Assembly (NCBI GenBank): GCA_033442325.1
Contig: JAWQFM010000003.1
Coordinates: 93,873-157,872 of the forward strand
Direction: 5' to 3'
From: Salpingoeca rosetta
Lineage: Eukaryota > Protista > Choanoflagellata
Length of the DNA: 64,000 nucleotides
The position numbers and the translations under genes are program-made. The notes under the pieces are model-generated. The model was given only the letters and a program-made list of their open reading frames with translations, searched no databases and was not told the DNA's origin. Every line of letters begins with the position of its first letter. Position 1 is the first letter of the stretch. Positions 26,270 to 43,940 of this stretch are shown one piece after another.

Positions 26270-27613
26270 ACACATGACTCACGCATCGCGGGCAAATGTG
26301 GCGATGAGGCCACGGTTGACGTTGCGCAGGCCGCCCTCCTTGTAGAGCTGCTTGAAGGCGTCCATGGTGCCGTTGTACTTGGGCTTCTCCGCAGCGTTCT
26401 GTCACGAGGGAAGGGACGACGAGTGGGAGTTGGTGTGTGCGGGGAAGAAGGGAATGCAGTGAGGCAGCAGCCGCGCAACGGAGGGTGGAGGAAACAGAAA
26501 CGACAGACGCGCAGAGGGGCACGCAGGCATGGGGCAACGTATGTACACACACTGTCTCTCTCATTCAGATGCACACACCCATACACACACACACCCATAC
26601 ACACACACACACAGGACAGACACAGACACAAACACACACAAACACATTCATACATACAAACACACACAAACACATTCATACATACAAACACACAAATATG
26701 TACACACACCTGAGTTTGGAGGAGGCACTTGACACGCTCGCCAGGGGCCATGATCGGGGTGGTGAAGAGGGCGGAGGTTGCGCCGGCAAGGGCGAGCTGG
26801 CCAAGCTTCCTGTTCTCAATGGCATCTTCGTCGCAGAACAGCTTCTTGCCGTAGCTGTCGGTACACCAAAGTGCATGAGAGCAGGGTGAAACAACAGCGA
26901 CACCGGCGGCAAGAGGGATGGACAGACAGCGACACGAGCGGGCCGGATGATGCACGCAGGGTCAAATGCAACCACACAATCACATTCCAACACATGCAAA
27001 CCCACAATCACACACTCACACACTCCAACACATCCACTCACACGCACGCGCACATACACGCACACAAACACCACAGGTATCCATACCTGTAGCCGAGGAA
27101 GCACAGGGCGAACATTGGAGCAACGCCAGCCAGAGGCGCAGCAACTCCCTTGTAGAGTCCAAAGAACCCCTCCTACATGCCAAAACACACGCGAACACAA
27201 CATAACTGCCGTTGTGAGATGTCGTGCACGGCAGACACACACACACATACACAGAGACACAGTCACAAGCACGAGCGAAGCATAGTGCCTCCAACACGCA
27301 ACTGTTCTTCTGGCCTCATACCTTGGTCACGGTCTGCCGGGCGCAATCGAACAGGCCAGAGTATTGGGGTGGCTTCCCGGGCACATGGGTCATGTTCTGC
27401 AACCGAACCTGGTTTGCGCACATTCGTTCGTGCGTGTTGTATGTGTGTGTTGTGTGTTGTGTGTTGTGTTGTGTGTGTGCATGAGTGTATGTGTTTGTGT
27501 GCGTGTGTGCACACACACGTTCAGTTGCAAACATGAAAAGCCAACTCACATCCATCGCATACAGAACACACACACACATACACACACACACACACAGGCA
27601 CATAGGCACACAC

Positions 27614-27660
<47 letters not shown>

Positions 27661-27802
27661 CCCTCTTCTCCAACTCCTTTGTGCACACCTTGATCGTGTC
27701 GAGAGGATGACCAACAATCACAAGGGCCACGCCACCAACGCCGCCAGCAATGAAGGAGCGCAGCGCTCCAGGCTGCTTGCTCATGCCTTTGTCTTCAGCC
27801 AT
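24992..27802 (-). CDS. SLC25A20: Mitochondrial carnitine/acylcarnitine carrier (multi-exon)
   Basis: [56 protein letters not shown] and [14 protein letters not shown]: three carrier signature motifs with CACT-type residues. Confidence 0.92.
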
Positions 27803-28118
27803 TGTCACGCTCGTCGTGTGGATGTGCGGATTGGACGCAGATCAATTCTTCGGGTCTTTGGGTGGTGCAGCAGCAGCTTCGCTTGTTGTCGATCGGGATG
27901 TGGGCTGGTGGGAATGGCGCGGCACAAACACCAGCAACTCCAAAAAACCAAAAAACAACAAAACTCCGCTATTTGATGATTCGATGGCAATTTACGATCA
28001 TCACTGCGCTGCACAACAAACAAGAAGAAGAAGAAGAAGAACAACGTCCACTTCTCCTGCCTCCGAACTGCTCACCGACTGTCGCTTCAGCGCTCGCGCT
28101 CTCACCCTCCAACCTCCA

Positions 28119-28727
28119 ATGGCGTCGTCGTTGCTCTCGCGTGCGGTGCTGAGAGGCACCCGGCGGCTAGTCGGGGCCATGGCTGCCCGCCGCCATGTCG
28201 GGCCTGTTGGTATACGTGCCCCTGCGCTGTCTCAAGCAGGGTTCGCGTGGCATTCCACTGCGCGAAACGACGCAAACAACAACAACAGCAGCAGCGGCAC
28301 AAATGCAAACAACGGTGACCGAGCCAACTTGGCCACTTCCACAGCAGATGCCACTACGGAAACCGTCACCAGCCTCACGGACATTGGCATCTTCTCAGAC
28401 CCAGGGTGCAAGAAAGGCAACGAGGACCGCTTTGTTGTCGGTTCCGTCGGGCCCTACAGCGTCATTGGCGTGTTTGGTAAGCTGTCAAGTCTCAGTCCTG
28501 CAGAGTCCGGGGCCGGGTGGGGGTTGCCTTCTGTTTTCATCCATACCCTTTTGTTCATCACGTCAGTTTGGTGTTGCTTTGTTTTTACGGCTTGCATGAC
28601 ACGTTGGCGGTGACGCCGACAACAACCACAACAACCACAACTACAACCACAACCATAACCACAACACGCGCTGAGTCAACACACTGAGTGAATACGTTTC
28701 ACCTCCGTTTCCATTCACACTCACGTT

Positions 28728-28795
<68 letters not shown>

Positions 28796-29569
28796 GCGCA
28801 CATTTGGCTGGCAGACGGCCACTCTGGATCGATGGCGGCGGACTATGTGGCAGACAACTTGCTGACACTGATGCGTGAGCTGCTGCCCACGTCCACCAAC
28901 AACGCGGAGAGTCTGTTGGAGGCACTTGTACACCGCCTGTGCAGCGGCCTCTTTGAGTTTATGGGCGCACAGTACCCGCTGGAGAAGATGCATAGCGGCA
29001 CCACGGCCAGCATCGTCCTCGTGAACGACAGCATGGTTCATTTTGCCCACGTCGGGGACAGCCGGCTGCTGCTGGTGCGCGGCGGCGCGCCTGTGCAGCT
29101 CACCCGCGACCACCGTCTCGAGGACGACAAGGAGCGGCAGCGCATCTTGGATGCCGGCGGGCGCGTCACATACACGGGGATCCCGCGGGTGGACGGCCGC
29201 CTGGCCATGACACGTGCCATCGGCGCCTTCTCCCTGCGCGACCAGGGCATCACGTGCGAGCCCGATATCGGGTCCCTCCCGCTCGACGCAGCCGTGGACA
29301 GCGCGCTCATTGTCGGCACGGACGGGCTGTTTGACGAGTTGCGGAATGACGAGGTGGTGTCGATTGCCGCCCAGCACAGGACAGCCAATGGTGCAGCACA
29401 CGCGCTGGGGGAAGCCGCCCTCATGTACCGCGCGCGCGATAACGTCACGGTTGCTGTCGTGCCGCTGCCTGCTTGGTCGAGTCTGCACAACTCAGCCAGC
29501 AGCAGCAGCAGCAGCAGCAGTACACAGCCGTTTGGACTGGACCGCAACCTTGTGCGACGCGTGTCTTAA
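28119..29569 (+). CDS. PPM1K: PP2C phosphatase with mitochondrial presequence, PPM1K-like (2 exons)
   Basis: Arg-rich presequence; NEDRF, VF|DGHSG, SGTTA, AHVGDSR, VDGRLAMTRAIG, TDGLFD, ARDNVT. Confidence 0.8.
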
Positions 29570-29979
29570 AGCACGACCGTGCACGTGCGCTCATGTGGAT
29601 GCAAACGGCGTGCATGCGTTCTTGTGTGGGCGGGCGTGTTTGCACATGGCTTCGTTGCGACGTTGGTTGTGCTGTGACTTGCTTGCTTGCTTGCGTGCTT
29701 GTCGTTTTGACAACCTGTCTGTCATTTCCTGTTGTTATTCAACGCTTTGCTTTGTTGCTATCATGGCGGTTGGCCTGGACAACCCCACCCGTGCTGGTGC
29801 TGGTGCCTTTCATCTGTTGTGATTTCCCCCTTGCTCCTCATCATTCATATGTCATTGACATGTGCACACACACATGCACACACATTCTTCATATAGTAAA
29901 CGTACACCCTTATTCTTGGGCCCTTGTGTAACTGTTGATGGTCGGTGAAATGGGTGCGTATGTTGTTCTCGTGGTTGAA

Positions 29980-30125
<146 letters not shown>

Positions 30126-30404
30126 AATTGTTGGTGGTATTGTGGCCTTGGTTGCGAGCATATCTGTGGCGCTTTTGTACTGCCGTGGAGGTTACAGCAC
30201 GCAAAGTGCAAAGTGGGAGCGAGACAGGAAGCAAAAGTGCGAGGAAGCAAGCAAGCAAAGGGGGCAATTAACGGAACAACGATCGAAAAGGACAAACCAG
30301 GCACAGGAGGTGGGGGAGGAGGGGACGGGAAGAGGGAGAAGGGAGAAAGCGGAAACAGCGAATCAGAAGGGTACAGCGACAACAGCGAGTGGAAGCTGCA
30401 CTGC

Positions 30405-30624
30405 TCAGTGCATGCCCTGCACACGTTTCACCTCCGTCTGTCACATGAAGGTGAGGCGAGCGAAGAAGAAGAGTGGCAGGTGGGAGAAGAAGGACAATGT
30501 GAGTTCATGCGCGATGATGTGAGGGGAGGAGAACAGACACACACAGACATGTGCACAGAGGGGGTAACACGCACGCACAAACACAAACGGACAACACACA
30601 AAAGTGATAAACACACAAACGCAC

Positions 30625-30681
<57 letters not shown>

Positions 30682-31930
30682 GCACGCACACGCAGACAAA
30701 TTACACACCTCAAACTCGTGTGTCATGCGCGTGATATCGGCGCGGCAGTCTGCAAGCGCCGTTTTCAACGCTTCTTTGGGCGAATAATCTAGGAACGGTC
30801 CAGACACGGCCACACCAAAAGCAGTACAGGTGAGAAGGGCCGCAACAGGCATTTCACCCAGCAGCACTCGATTATGTCACCGTGTCTCTGTGTTGCTGAC
30901 CTGGCGTTGTCTGTATTCTGAGCAAAAGATGGTGTTCCAGAGGATGAGGGCAGCGGTAGCCTGTGCAAATGGTGATGATGAAAATAGTGTTTGCAGTATT
31001 GTACGTGGGTGAATGCGGATCGACGTTGGACATGAGTACTGTCATGCCGACTTTGCAGTTCCATGTCGCAGCAACAAGACAGGACGCGTGCGCAGCATGT
31101 ACCCTGGTGAGCACTCAAGACAAGCATGTACACACAGACACACACAGACACACAAACACACACGGAGATACAGACACACAGACACACAGACACAGAGGTA
31201 CAGATACAGACACAGTCACGTTGGGGTGCGCACCAGAGAACAAGACGCGTGGATCTCTGCGGAGTTGGCTGCATTAGCATCACACAGAGGCACACAGGCG
31301 TGAGTACCGCATAGGCTAGTGTTGCGGTGCCATCGATTGGTGTTTGTCATTTTGGTGCTGTTGCATTGTGTGATTCAAGGAGCGTTGCGTCATTGGAATG
31401 GGTGCCGCAAGCAAGTAAGGCGTGGTGGGGAGCACCTTGCAAGCATGTTTCCGAGGGTGTGGTCTTCGCGGTTGATGCGGAACGTGCCGGCATTTGGCAC
31501 TTTTGTGTCTGGCGTGTAGGTGACCTTTTGCTCACCCGGAGCCAGCAAGATGCGGTCTGCAAGACGAACACGCACAAACACATGAGCCAACCGCAACGGG
31601 GCGCAACAAGAAACGCGCAACCACACAAAGGGGTATCGAAACGCACAGAGACAGACAGACAGACAGAGAGAGACAGAGAGGGAGACAGAGAGGGAGACAG
31701 AGGGGGACACACGAACACAGACACATACAGACAGTCACACACGTACATGCGTACACAGACACAGACACACACGTACATGCGTACACAGGCACACGTACAT
31801 GCGTACACAGACACAGACACACAGACACACACATGAACACACACGAACACACACGAACACACACACAGACACAATCCAAGCCACCCATCGCAATGGTGGA
31901 CCACGCACCAAACGTCTCAGGAGCGTTCAT
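30405..31930 (-). CDS. POLR2J: RNA polymerase II subunit RPB11
   Basis: MNAPETF|[66 protein letters not shown]. Confidence 0.95.
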
Positions 31931-31997
31931 CGTCGTCGGTGGCTTGTTGGAAAATTAACGACACCACATACAAATCCTCTACAACACGACCACCACG

Positions 31998-32635
31998 ATG
32001 AGCAGCAGCAACAAAGTCTTGAAACCAGCGCATCGCTGGCTCTTGCTCAGAGTGTAGGTTCCACCGTTATGCCTCGGTGTGCATGCGTGTGTGTGTATGT
32101 GTGTGCATGTACCACAGTGGTTACCCACCACACACCTCTACCACACACGCACCGCATTGCGTTCATCTCCACCCCCTCTCTCTCTCACCCTCTCACTCTC
32201 ACACTCTCTCACTGACACACTGGCAGGGCTTGGGAGGGACGGGAAGATGACTTGAATCCGCTGTCGGCGCATGCGGCGCTGAAGCAAGGGCTGACCACGC
32301 TGCACGGACAGGTAACTGAGAGCAACTCACGTTCGTACACAGCATGCACAAGCAAGCACATGCTACAACCAGCTGTTACCTCGGCTTTGTTTTCCCACAA
32401 TCCCAGCCATGCGAGGTGACCAACTCTCGTATCATCTTCGCTCACTGGCATTCGCGGTTGGTGTGCATGCGCTGCTTTGTCCCACAGGTGGGCGCGAGCA
32501 CACCTTTTGATGTTTTTCACGTGGAGGGCGCACTGTGCTACGTGCGCGTTCCAGTGAATGGACAGGTGAAACTCCAGTCCGCTGCGACTGCCATGTCCAC
32601 CTTTGATGCTTCCCCCATCACCATCGAGACCATCA

Positions 32636-32692
<57 letters not shown>

Positions 32693-33042
32693 GGAGTCAG
32701 TGTTGACTCCAAGTGTTTGATCCCTTGACATGGCTGCGTGTTGGTCTGTTCGTTTACTCCACATCGGATGTGTCTTCCCCACAGCCGCCATCATGACAAC
32801 AACCCGTTCCAATCCACCACAACAAAGCATACAGTCTGTTAGCCATCCGCACACCCATCCTCATCCCCATCCCCATCCTCATCCCCATCCCCATCCTTGT
32901 TCTCGTCCTCACAATTCCCGCGCATCTGCTCCCATCGCCCACACGTTTGACGCACGGTCAGGTGTCCAGCACGCTGCTTGCGCTCACGTATCAGGACGAC
33001 CCCTCCGCGGTGTCTGTCACCGTGGACTTGGACGCGGGCTGA
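31998..33042 (+). CDS. RPP14: RNase P/MRP subunit Rpp14/Pop8-like (4 exons)
   Basis: ALKQGLTTLHGQ|VGASTPFDVF...CYVRVP...VKLQSAAT...ETIK|VSSTLLALT parallels RPP14 (AVKDLFGEVDAALPLDIL...ILRI...VKLWSSLT...VIQVSPFLLALS). Confidence 0.75.
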
Positions 33043-34932
33043 GGGACGTGTGGATATCCCTTGTGCAAGCGCTGGCGATCCTCCTCCGAGCAGCCGGCAG
33101 CCTCCACCCACCCAACGAGTTCCGTGATCTTCGTGAGGTGTCGTGATGGTGGTGGTGGTGGTGGTGGTGGTGGTGGTGACGGTGGTGATGTGATAGAGGT
33201 GTTGGCGGCGGTGGCAGTGATGGCAGGTGAGGGAGCGCTTGGGTGTGAAGCTGCACGAGGAAAGGGGTGCGGCGCATGGAAACAGAAGCAGAAAACGGCA
33301 ACAACAGCAGTCACGTGTGCGATGTGCATTGCACGCGTCAGTTGCACTATCCCCACCATCATTCATCACCACCACCATCATCATCGCCATCATCACCGCC
33401 ATGATGGCCACGGTTACCTGTTCGAGTTCGTTTGGTGCGAGGAAGTCGAGAGCGAGATCAAAGCGGCGCGTGCGGCAAAACGCCTTCAGCAGCTTGCAGC
33501 ACACGTTCCAGTCTTCTTCCCTATAGTGCTGGCAACGAGCGAGGTATGGTGTGTGCACAGTGTGTGTGTGCGTGTGTGCGTGTGTGTGTGTGTGCGTGTG
33601 GGTGTGAGCTCGTGTGTGTGTGTGCGTGTGCGAGCTCGTGTGTGTGTGTGTGTGCAGGAAAGAGAGGGGCATGGAGAGAGAGAGAGAGAGAGAGAGTGTG
33701 TGTGTGTGTGCGTGTAGTGGTGTGTAATGGACGATAATAAGCTATGCTCCTCTTTGTTGTGTGGGACGGTGGTTACCTCGTGTAGAACTGCAATAAACTC
33801 GCCCAACAGGCCATGCCTGCACACATGACAAGGGCGGCGGCGGCAGTGGTGTTGTGGGGACACGAAGCGAATCACGGTGTGTGTGTGTGTGATTGTGTGT
33901 GTGTGTGTGATTGTGTGTGTGTGTGTGTGATTGTGATTGTGAGTGTGTGAGTGTGTGAGTGAGAAAGAGAGGGTGTGTGTGCATGTCCGCTTGCCGTTTC
34001 CATCAGCAAAGACACACACATATTCACACCAAAACGAGTGACATCTCACCCCAACTCTGGCTTGAAGAGGCGGTAGATGGTCTTGCCGCCGAGCTCCTTC
34101 AAGAATCTGAACCATGCAAGCAATGGTGGTGGTGGCGGTGGTGCATAGGCTGAGGAATTATGCGCTTCGTGCACACTCAAAGGTGTGTAGCACAACAACA
34201 TGCGTCACACATTGCATTCATGCACAGAACAATAAGATGGTAGACACCCCAGGCATACCAGCCACGACAAGAACACAGGGTCACGATGCAACTGTGTGAC
34301 TCACTCGTAGCGCTGTTTGGAGTCTGCTTTGTGCCGCCAGTGGCGAAGAAACGAGTTCACGTCGGTGACTGGTGGCAGCTGCAGTGCGCTCGCCTCCACC
34401 TCGTCCTCTTGCAACATCCGGCGGCGGTTACGCTCTTTTGCCCTGCGAAGGTGGTGGTGGTGGAGTGTAAGTGTACAATGGAGAAAAAACAACAGCTCTT
34501 GTGATGGATCATTACTTAAGAACGCGACGAGAAGTACATGTAACGCGCAAAGACAACAACCACATGCAGGTACAAATACACGCACAGCCACAGCCACAGC
34601 CACAACCACAACCACAGCCACAACCACGCACACACACACACACACACACAAAGCGCCAGAGCGTGTTCTGCCTGAACACACCTTCCTGTCGTGATCCATG
34701 CGGATCTGTTGAGCTTGAGCTGGGTGATATCCTCGGTCATGGGCTTGATGTGCGCGGCCTTGACAATCTCCTCAAACTCTTCGTATGTGGCCACTTTCTG
34801 TGCGACTGCTCGGAACTTTGCGTCGTTCTCACGCCAGTATTTGTCTTCGCGTTCCACGGCATGGCTCAGCTTTGCTTGCAGCTTGTCAAAGTTGACATCC
34901 CCGTCCTTCCCAATCAGCCCCCGTCCAGCCAT
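32991..34932 (-). CDS. CCDC103: Axonemal dynein assembly factor CCDC103
   Basis: VNFDKLQAKLSHAVEREDKYWRENDAKFRAVAQKVATYEEFEEIVKAAHIKPM, plus RPAP3_C-type exons (SFLRHWR, YRLFKPELG, RFDLALDFL). Confidence 0.9.
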
Positions 34933-34998
34933 GATGGCAATGGTACGTGTGCGAGTGCGAGTGTGCGAGTGCGAGTGTGTGTGTGAGTGTGTGTGTGA

Positions 34999-35091
<93 letters not shown>

Positions 35092-35200
35092 TGCTGCGTC
35101 GTCGTTATGTTGGGGCGGAAGTCGTGACGATTAATGAACAACACCGCCAATTTTCTCCAATCAACAGCAACACCACCACACGACCACCATCAACAGCACG

Positions 35201-35483
35201 ATGGATGAGGCAGAGTTCATGCGGCGGCTGGAGTCGTACCCTCCACTGACGCACTTGAAGGGCGACACAGCAAGCACAAGCGCAAGCAGTACACGGTCAG
35301 CGCTGCCGTCAGCGAAACAGAAGGCCCAGCGCCAGCAGCCAACACAGCAGCAGCAGCAGCAACAGCAGCAAAGGCCGCAAGCCACCACTTCATCGTCAGA
35401 AGTTTGCGTCAAGGTGCAAGGATTGCAGCCCGCCAACACCCGGCAACTCAACGCCACAGTGCGTGCATGTGTGGTGCATGTGT

Positions 35484-35552
<69 letters not shown>

Positions 35553-36803
35553 TGGGATGGGGGCGTGCGTGAGGCCTATGGGGTGTGTGTGTGTGTATGC
35601 GTGTGTGTTGTGTAGCGGTCTTGTCTGCAAAGTTCTGCACGTGTGCACAACCCTGTTTTCGTTCGTGTTCTGTGAATGACAAAGCCGCCTTGCCTTTCGC
35701 CACCCTGTGTGTGTTGTGGGTGCGTAGTGCTTGAAGACAGATACAGTGGAGGAGCTGAAGCGTCTGTGGAAGTCTCAGACCAAGTTCAACAAGCCTGTTC
35801 GCTGCATTTTCCGCGGCCGCTGCCTCCCAGGTGTGTTATCAACGAGCACTCGTCATGGGAATGTGTGGGAATGTGTGTGAACCGTGTGTGGATGTGTGTG
35901 GATGTGTGTGGATGTGTGTGGATGTGTGGGAATGTGTGTGAACCGTGTGTGAACCGTGTGTGAACCGTGTGTGAACCGTGTGTGAACTGTGTGTGAACTG
36001 TGTGTGAACTGTGTGTGAACTGTTCCTGATTTTGCGGTATGCGCTTGTGTGCGGGGTGTTGTGTTTGTGGTTCTTCGTGCGTCATTCCACACTCACGCTG
36101 CTCTTTTCCATTGCTTGTTGTCTGCTTCCCTTCTGCCCAACTCTGCAAACATGCCCTTGAACCTCCCTTGTTCACCTTGACAGACACATTGCCACTGAGC
36201 CACCTTGTCATTGGCAGCAACGAGACACTGTACATGATGCCAGCGAACGTGAAGTCAGCGAAGCGCCCGCTTCCGTTTGATGAGGTGTGCACGTGTTATC
36301 GCATCAGTTTGCGCGAATTAGCAGACACTTACTCACTTGCACGCGCTGTGGCTCGTTCGTGCTTCCTCCTGCCTCTCTTCCACGTGCACGCTCCACTGTT
36401 TTTGTCACAAGTGCGACTTTCGTTGCAACCGCCATTGCGCTCATATTTCGACTGCTGTGTCTTCTTCACTGCCACCATCGGTGCTACAGGATGAGTTTTG
36501 GCCGATGTTGAAGGTGTTTTGCGAGGAGACGTACGGAACACAGCGCGCAGCGACAATGATGGCAAAATTCAAGCAGGTGTGTGTATGTGTGTATGTATGT
36601 GTATGTGTGTATGTATGTGCGTGTGCATGTGTATGCGTGTGTGCGTCGATGTGTGTGTGTGTTGATCACTGCAGCTGGCTTGGTTGAAGGATGTTTCTTG
36701 TACGACGCGACCTGCATTGTTCTCACGCGCATGCCACCACCACCGCCACCACCACCACCACCGCCAATCACAGGACTATGCAAATCGGCCCGTACAATCG
36801 TGA
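35201..36803 (+). CDS. Get5/Mdy2/Ubl4A-like protein (N-terminal helix + ubiquitin-like domain + C-terminal dimerisation helices); 5 exons
   Basis: In-phase splicing gives VCVKVQ...NAT|CLKTDTVEELKRLW...VRCIFRGRCLP|DTLPLSHLVIGSNETLYMM (Ubl) and DEFWPMLKVFCEETYGTQRAATMMAKFKQ|DY (Get5_C/TUGS-like). Confidence 0.65.
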
Positions 36804-37020
36804 ACACCACACCATGCACGCGTACGTACACGTGCGTACACGAGTGGTTTGCATGGCAATGTATGACTGTGTGTCTGGTCTGTATTTCCGTGACAATAGA
36901 GCTGTGATGAAATCAAAACGCAACAATGAATGGCACATGGAACCTCCAGGACTTCAACTACACACCAATGCAAACACACACACACTGTGTGTGTGTGTGC
37001 GCGCGCGCGTGCGCGGTTGA

Positions 37021-41153
<4,133 letters not shown>

Positions 41154-41250
41154 TGTTGCGTGTGGTGTTGTGTGTGGTGTGGTGTGTTGTTGGTCGTTGC
41201 GCGTAATGTCTCGTGTGCATGCAGCGTGCAGGGCGGACAAAATGGCCAAA

Positions 41251-41286
41251 GGCAAATTTACCTTTGTGTCCAAAGTCAAATTTGCC
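41251..41286. promoter_or_regulatory. Imperfect palindrome in the DUS3 / Dpy-30-TerD bidirectional promoter
   Basis: GGCAAATTT-AC-CTTTG-TGTC-CAAAG-TC-AAATTTGCC. The half-site resembles the GGCAATTTTGAC direct repeat at 24340-24378. Confidence 0.35.
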
Positions 41287-41557
41287 GACGAATTTTTTTT
41301 TTTGGTTGCGTTCGGTTCGCTTTTCGTTGTTTGCTGTTGTTGTTGGCAACGTTGTTGTTGACTCAGGTTCACGCACACAACAACCCACGAAAGCATCATC
41401 CGCATCATCCACGACACCACCTCATCCGCATCATCCACTCAGCGCTGACAACCAAACCAGTCTCAGCAAACACAACAGTTGCACAACACAGCTGCCCACG
41501 AGTCAAACCAACAGCCAAACACTCAAAGAGCAGCGGCTGGCCGTACGTCTCACAGCA

Positions 41558-43882
41558 ATGGAGGCGGCATATGTGAAGAAGGCGTTGGGGACGACGCTGA
41601 CGGATGCGCTGTCCCTGCTGGCTGTGTATCGGCCAGAGGATCCCGTGGAGTGGCTTGCAGACTACCTGCGCCACGAGGACAAGCGCCAACGCATCATCGC
41701 CGTGAAGAGGGAGGAGCAAGAAAAGCGGGCAAAGATCTTGAAGAAGGCCCAAGAAGAAGAGGAGCGGCTGGCAGAGCTCAAGGTGCACGCGTTGACACAC
41801 TGCAGCGCCTCTGTGGCATTGCAACCTTTCTCATTGCAGGTTCAACACTCCCAGTCAATGTGCGCAAATCACGGTTCTGCAATGTGTTCTCACCGTCTCC
41901 GATTCTGCGCGTGTTCTTGTGCTGTTGTTCCCAGAGGGAGGAGGAGCGCCTGGCCAACCTGCGCAAGCCAAACCAGTTCCAGCTCGACTGCATGGCTTTC
42001 CTGCAAGAGGTGTGTATGCGCGTGTATGCGTGTGCGTGTGCGTGTGTCTGTGTGTGTGCGTGTGCGTGTGCGTGTGCGTGTGCGTGATACATGTGCATGT
42101 GCGTGTGCGTGTATGCGTGTGTGTGTGCGTGTGCGTGTGTGTGTGTGTGTGCGTGTGCGTGTGCGTGTGCGTGTGCGTGCGTGTGCGTGTGCGTGTGCGG
42201 GTGCGGGTGCGTGTGCGTGATGCTGTTGTGTATGCGTGATTGCAGTGCCAGCAGCGGTCAGACCGTGTCGCACGTGCTGCTTTCGCTTGAATTGATCTGA
42301 TCCATTGTGGTGGTGATTGGCCGACGCACTCTGCCTCAGATCACGGAGCTCGAGAAGAAGCTCAAGAACGAGGACAAATCTGTGCAAGAGATTGGCGAAG
42401 CCGTCATGCAGGAATCCCGCAAGAGCATGACACACATGCAGCTCAGCGAAGAGGTGCGTGCCCGCAGTACAGCGGCCCGAACACGTCTGTACACTTGGCT
42501 GTGCACACATACACGCCGATATGTCTCAACCCCACCTTTATTCTTCATTCTTCCCCACATACCGCACGACCATAACCACCACTCTCACAACCCTCCACAA
42601 TGCTTGTTCTCACCCCTGTGATGACGGCTGCTGGTCCGATTCCTCCGCAGGCGAAGGCGCTGGTGGAGGAGCCACCAAAGGCGATCCAGCAGCTCATTAA
42701 GGCCGGCATGGTCATCAGCGGATATCCGCTCGAGAAGCTCGAGAACTGGAGCGACATCTCCGAAGTTGTCCTCAACGGTGTGTATACACACAGACACAGA
42801 CATACACACAGACACAGACACAGACACAGACACAGACACAGACACACAGACACACACCCACACAGACATACACACAGATACACAGACACACGCACCGCGG
42901 TGCGTGTGTGCGCTGATCAAGTTGTTTGGGTTCCAGGCGTGCACAGCTGCACAGTCCACACCATGCTTCTCACACCTTATTCATCTTACACACACGGATG
43001 GTGAGCAGACTATGCACTGACGCGCTATGAGACGCTTGATGTGATGGCGGTTGCCAACAAGCACGACATCAAGGACGCTGTGGAGATGGTGGATGGCATC
43101 GACTACCTTGCCCGCCCTGTTCAGAAACACCCATTGGGCCCATTGGCCACACGCTACCACACGGTCTGTCATGTGCTATGTGTCTGCGTGTGCATGTACT
43201 TGCAAGTGTGTGTGTGTTTGCGTGTTGGTTCATTGTCCTTGTTCTGCAGCCTCGCACGAGAGGCCGTCGACATATCCACCGCACTTCCCAGTGCCACGCC
43301 ACACCACCTCACGTCACACCACACCATGCAACTGCCCAATCACCTCCACCCCCACCCCAACACCACCACCACCACCACCACCGCCAGTTTGTGCGTGCGG
43401 CGCTGCAGTCGTTTGGATACGAGCCATCGCAGTTTCTCTCGCTGGAATCTGTGGAGGAGGACAGGCAGACGTTCCAGCGAACCATCTGGCGCATGCCCGA
43501 AGAGGTGGAGAAGGTGCTTGATCTTGACAAGGACGGCGACACAGAGGCGTTGCGCGAGGAGAAGAAGAGAATACTGTCGACAATGGCTGGCCTGGACAGG
43601 CGGGTGCTGCCCAAGGAGATTACATCCAAGCTCATGCACGTCGAAGTCTGGTGGAAGTCAGCGGTACGTTTGAAAATGGGACAAGTCTTGCTCGCGTTGT
43701 GTGCATGTGTGTGCATGTGTGTGTGTATGTGTGTGCATGTGTGTGTGCATGTGTGTGCATGTGTGTGCATGTGTGTGCTTGTGATGAGACAGGCACGCAT
43801 TGCCCCCCTCCCCAACACACATTCCCATACTTGATCCCCACCCAACCTTCAACATCTCCTCCCCTCCACCTCCACACATACA

Positions 43883-43940
<58 letters not shown>

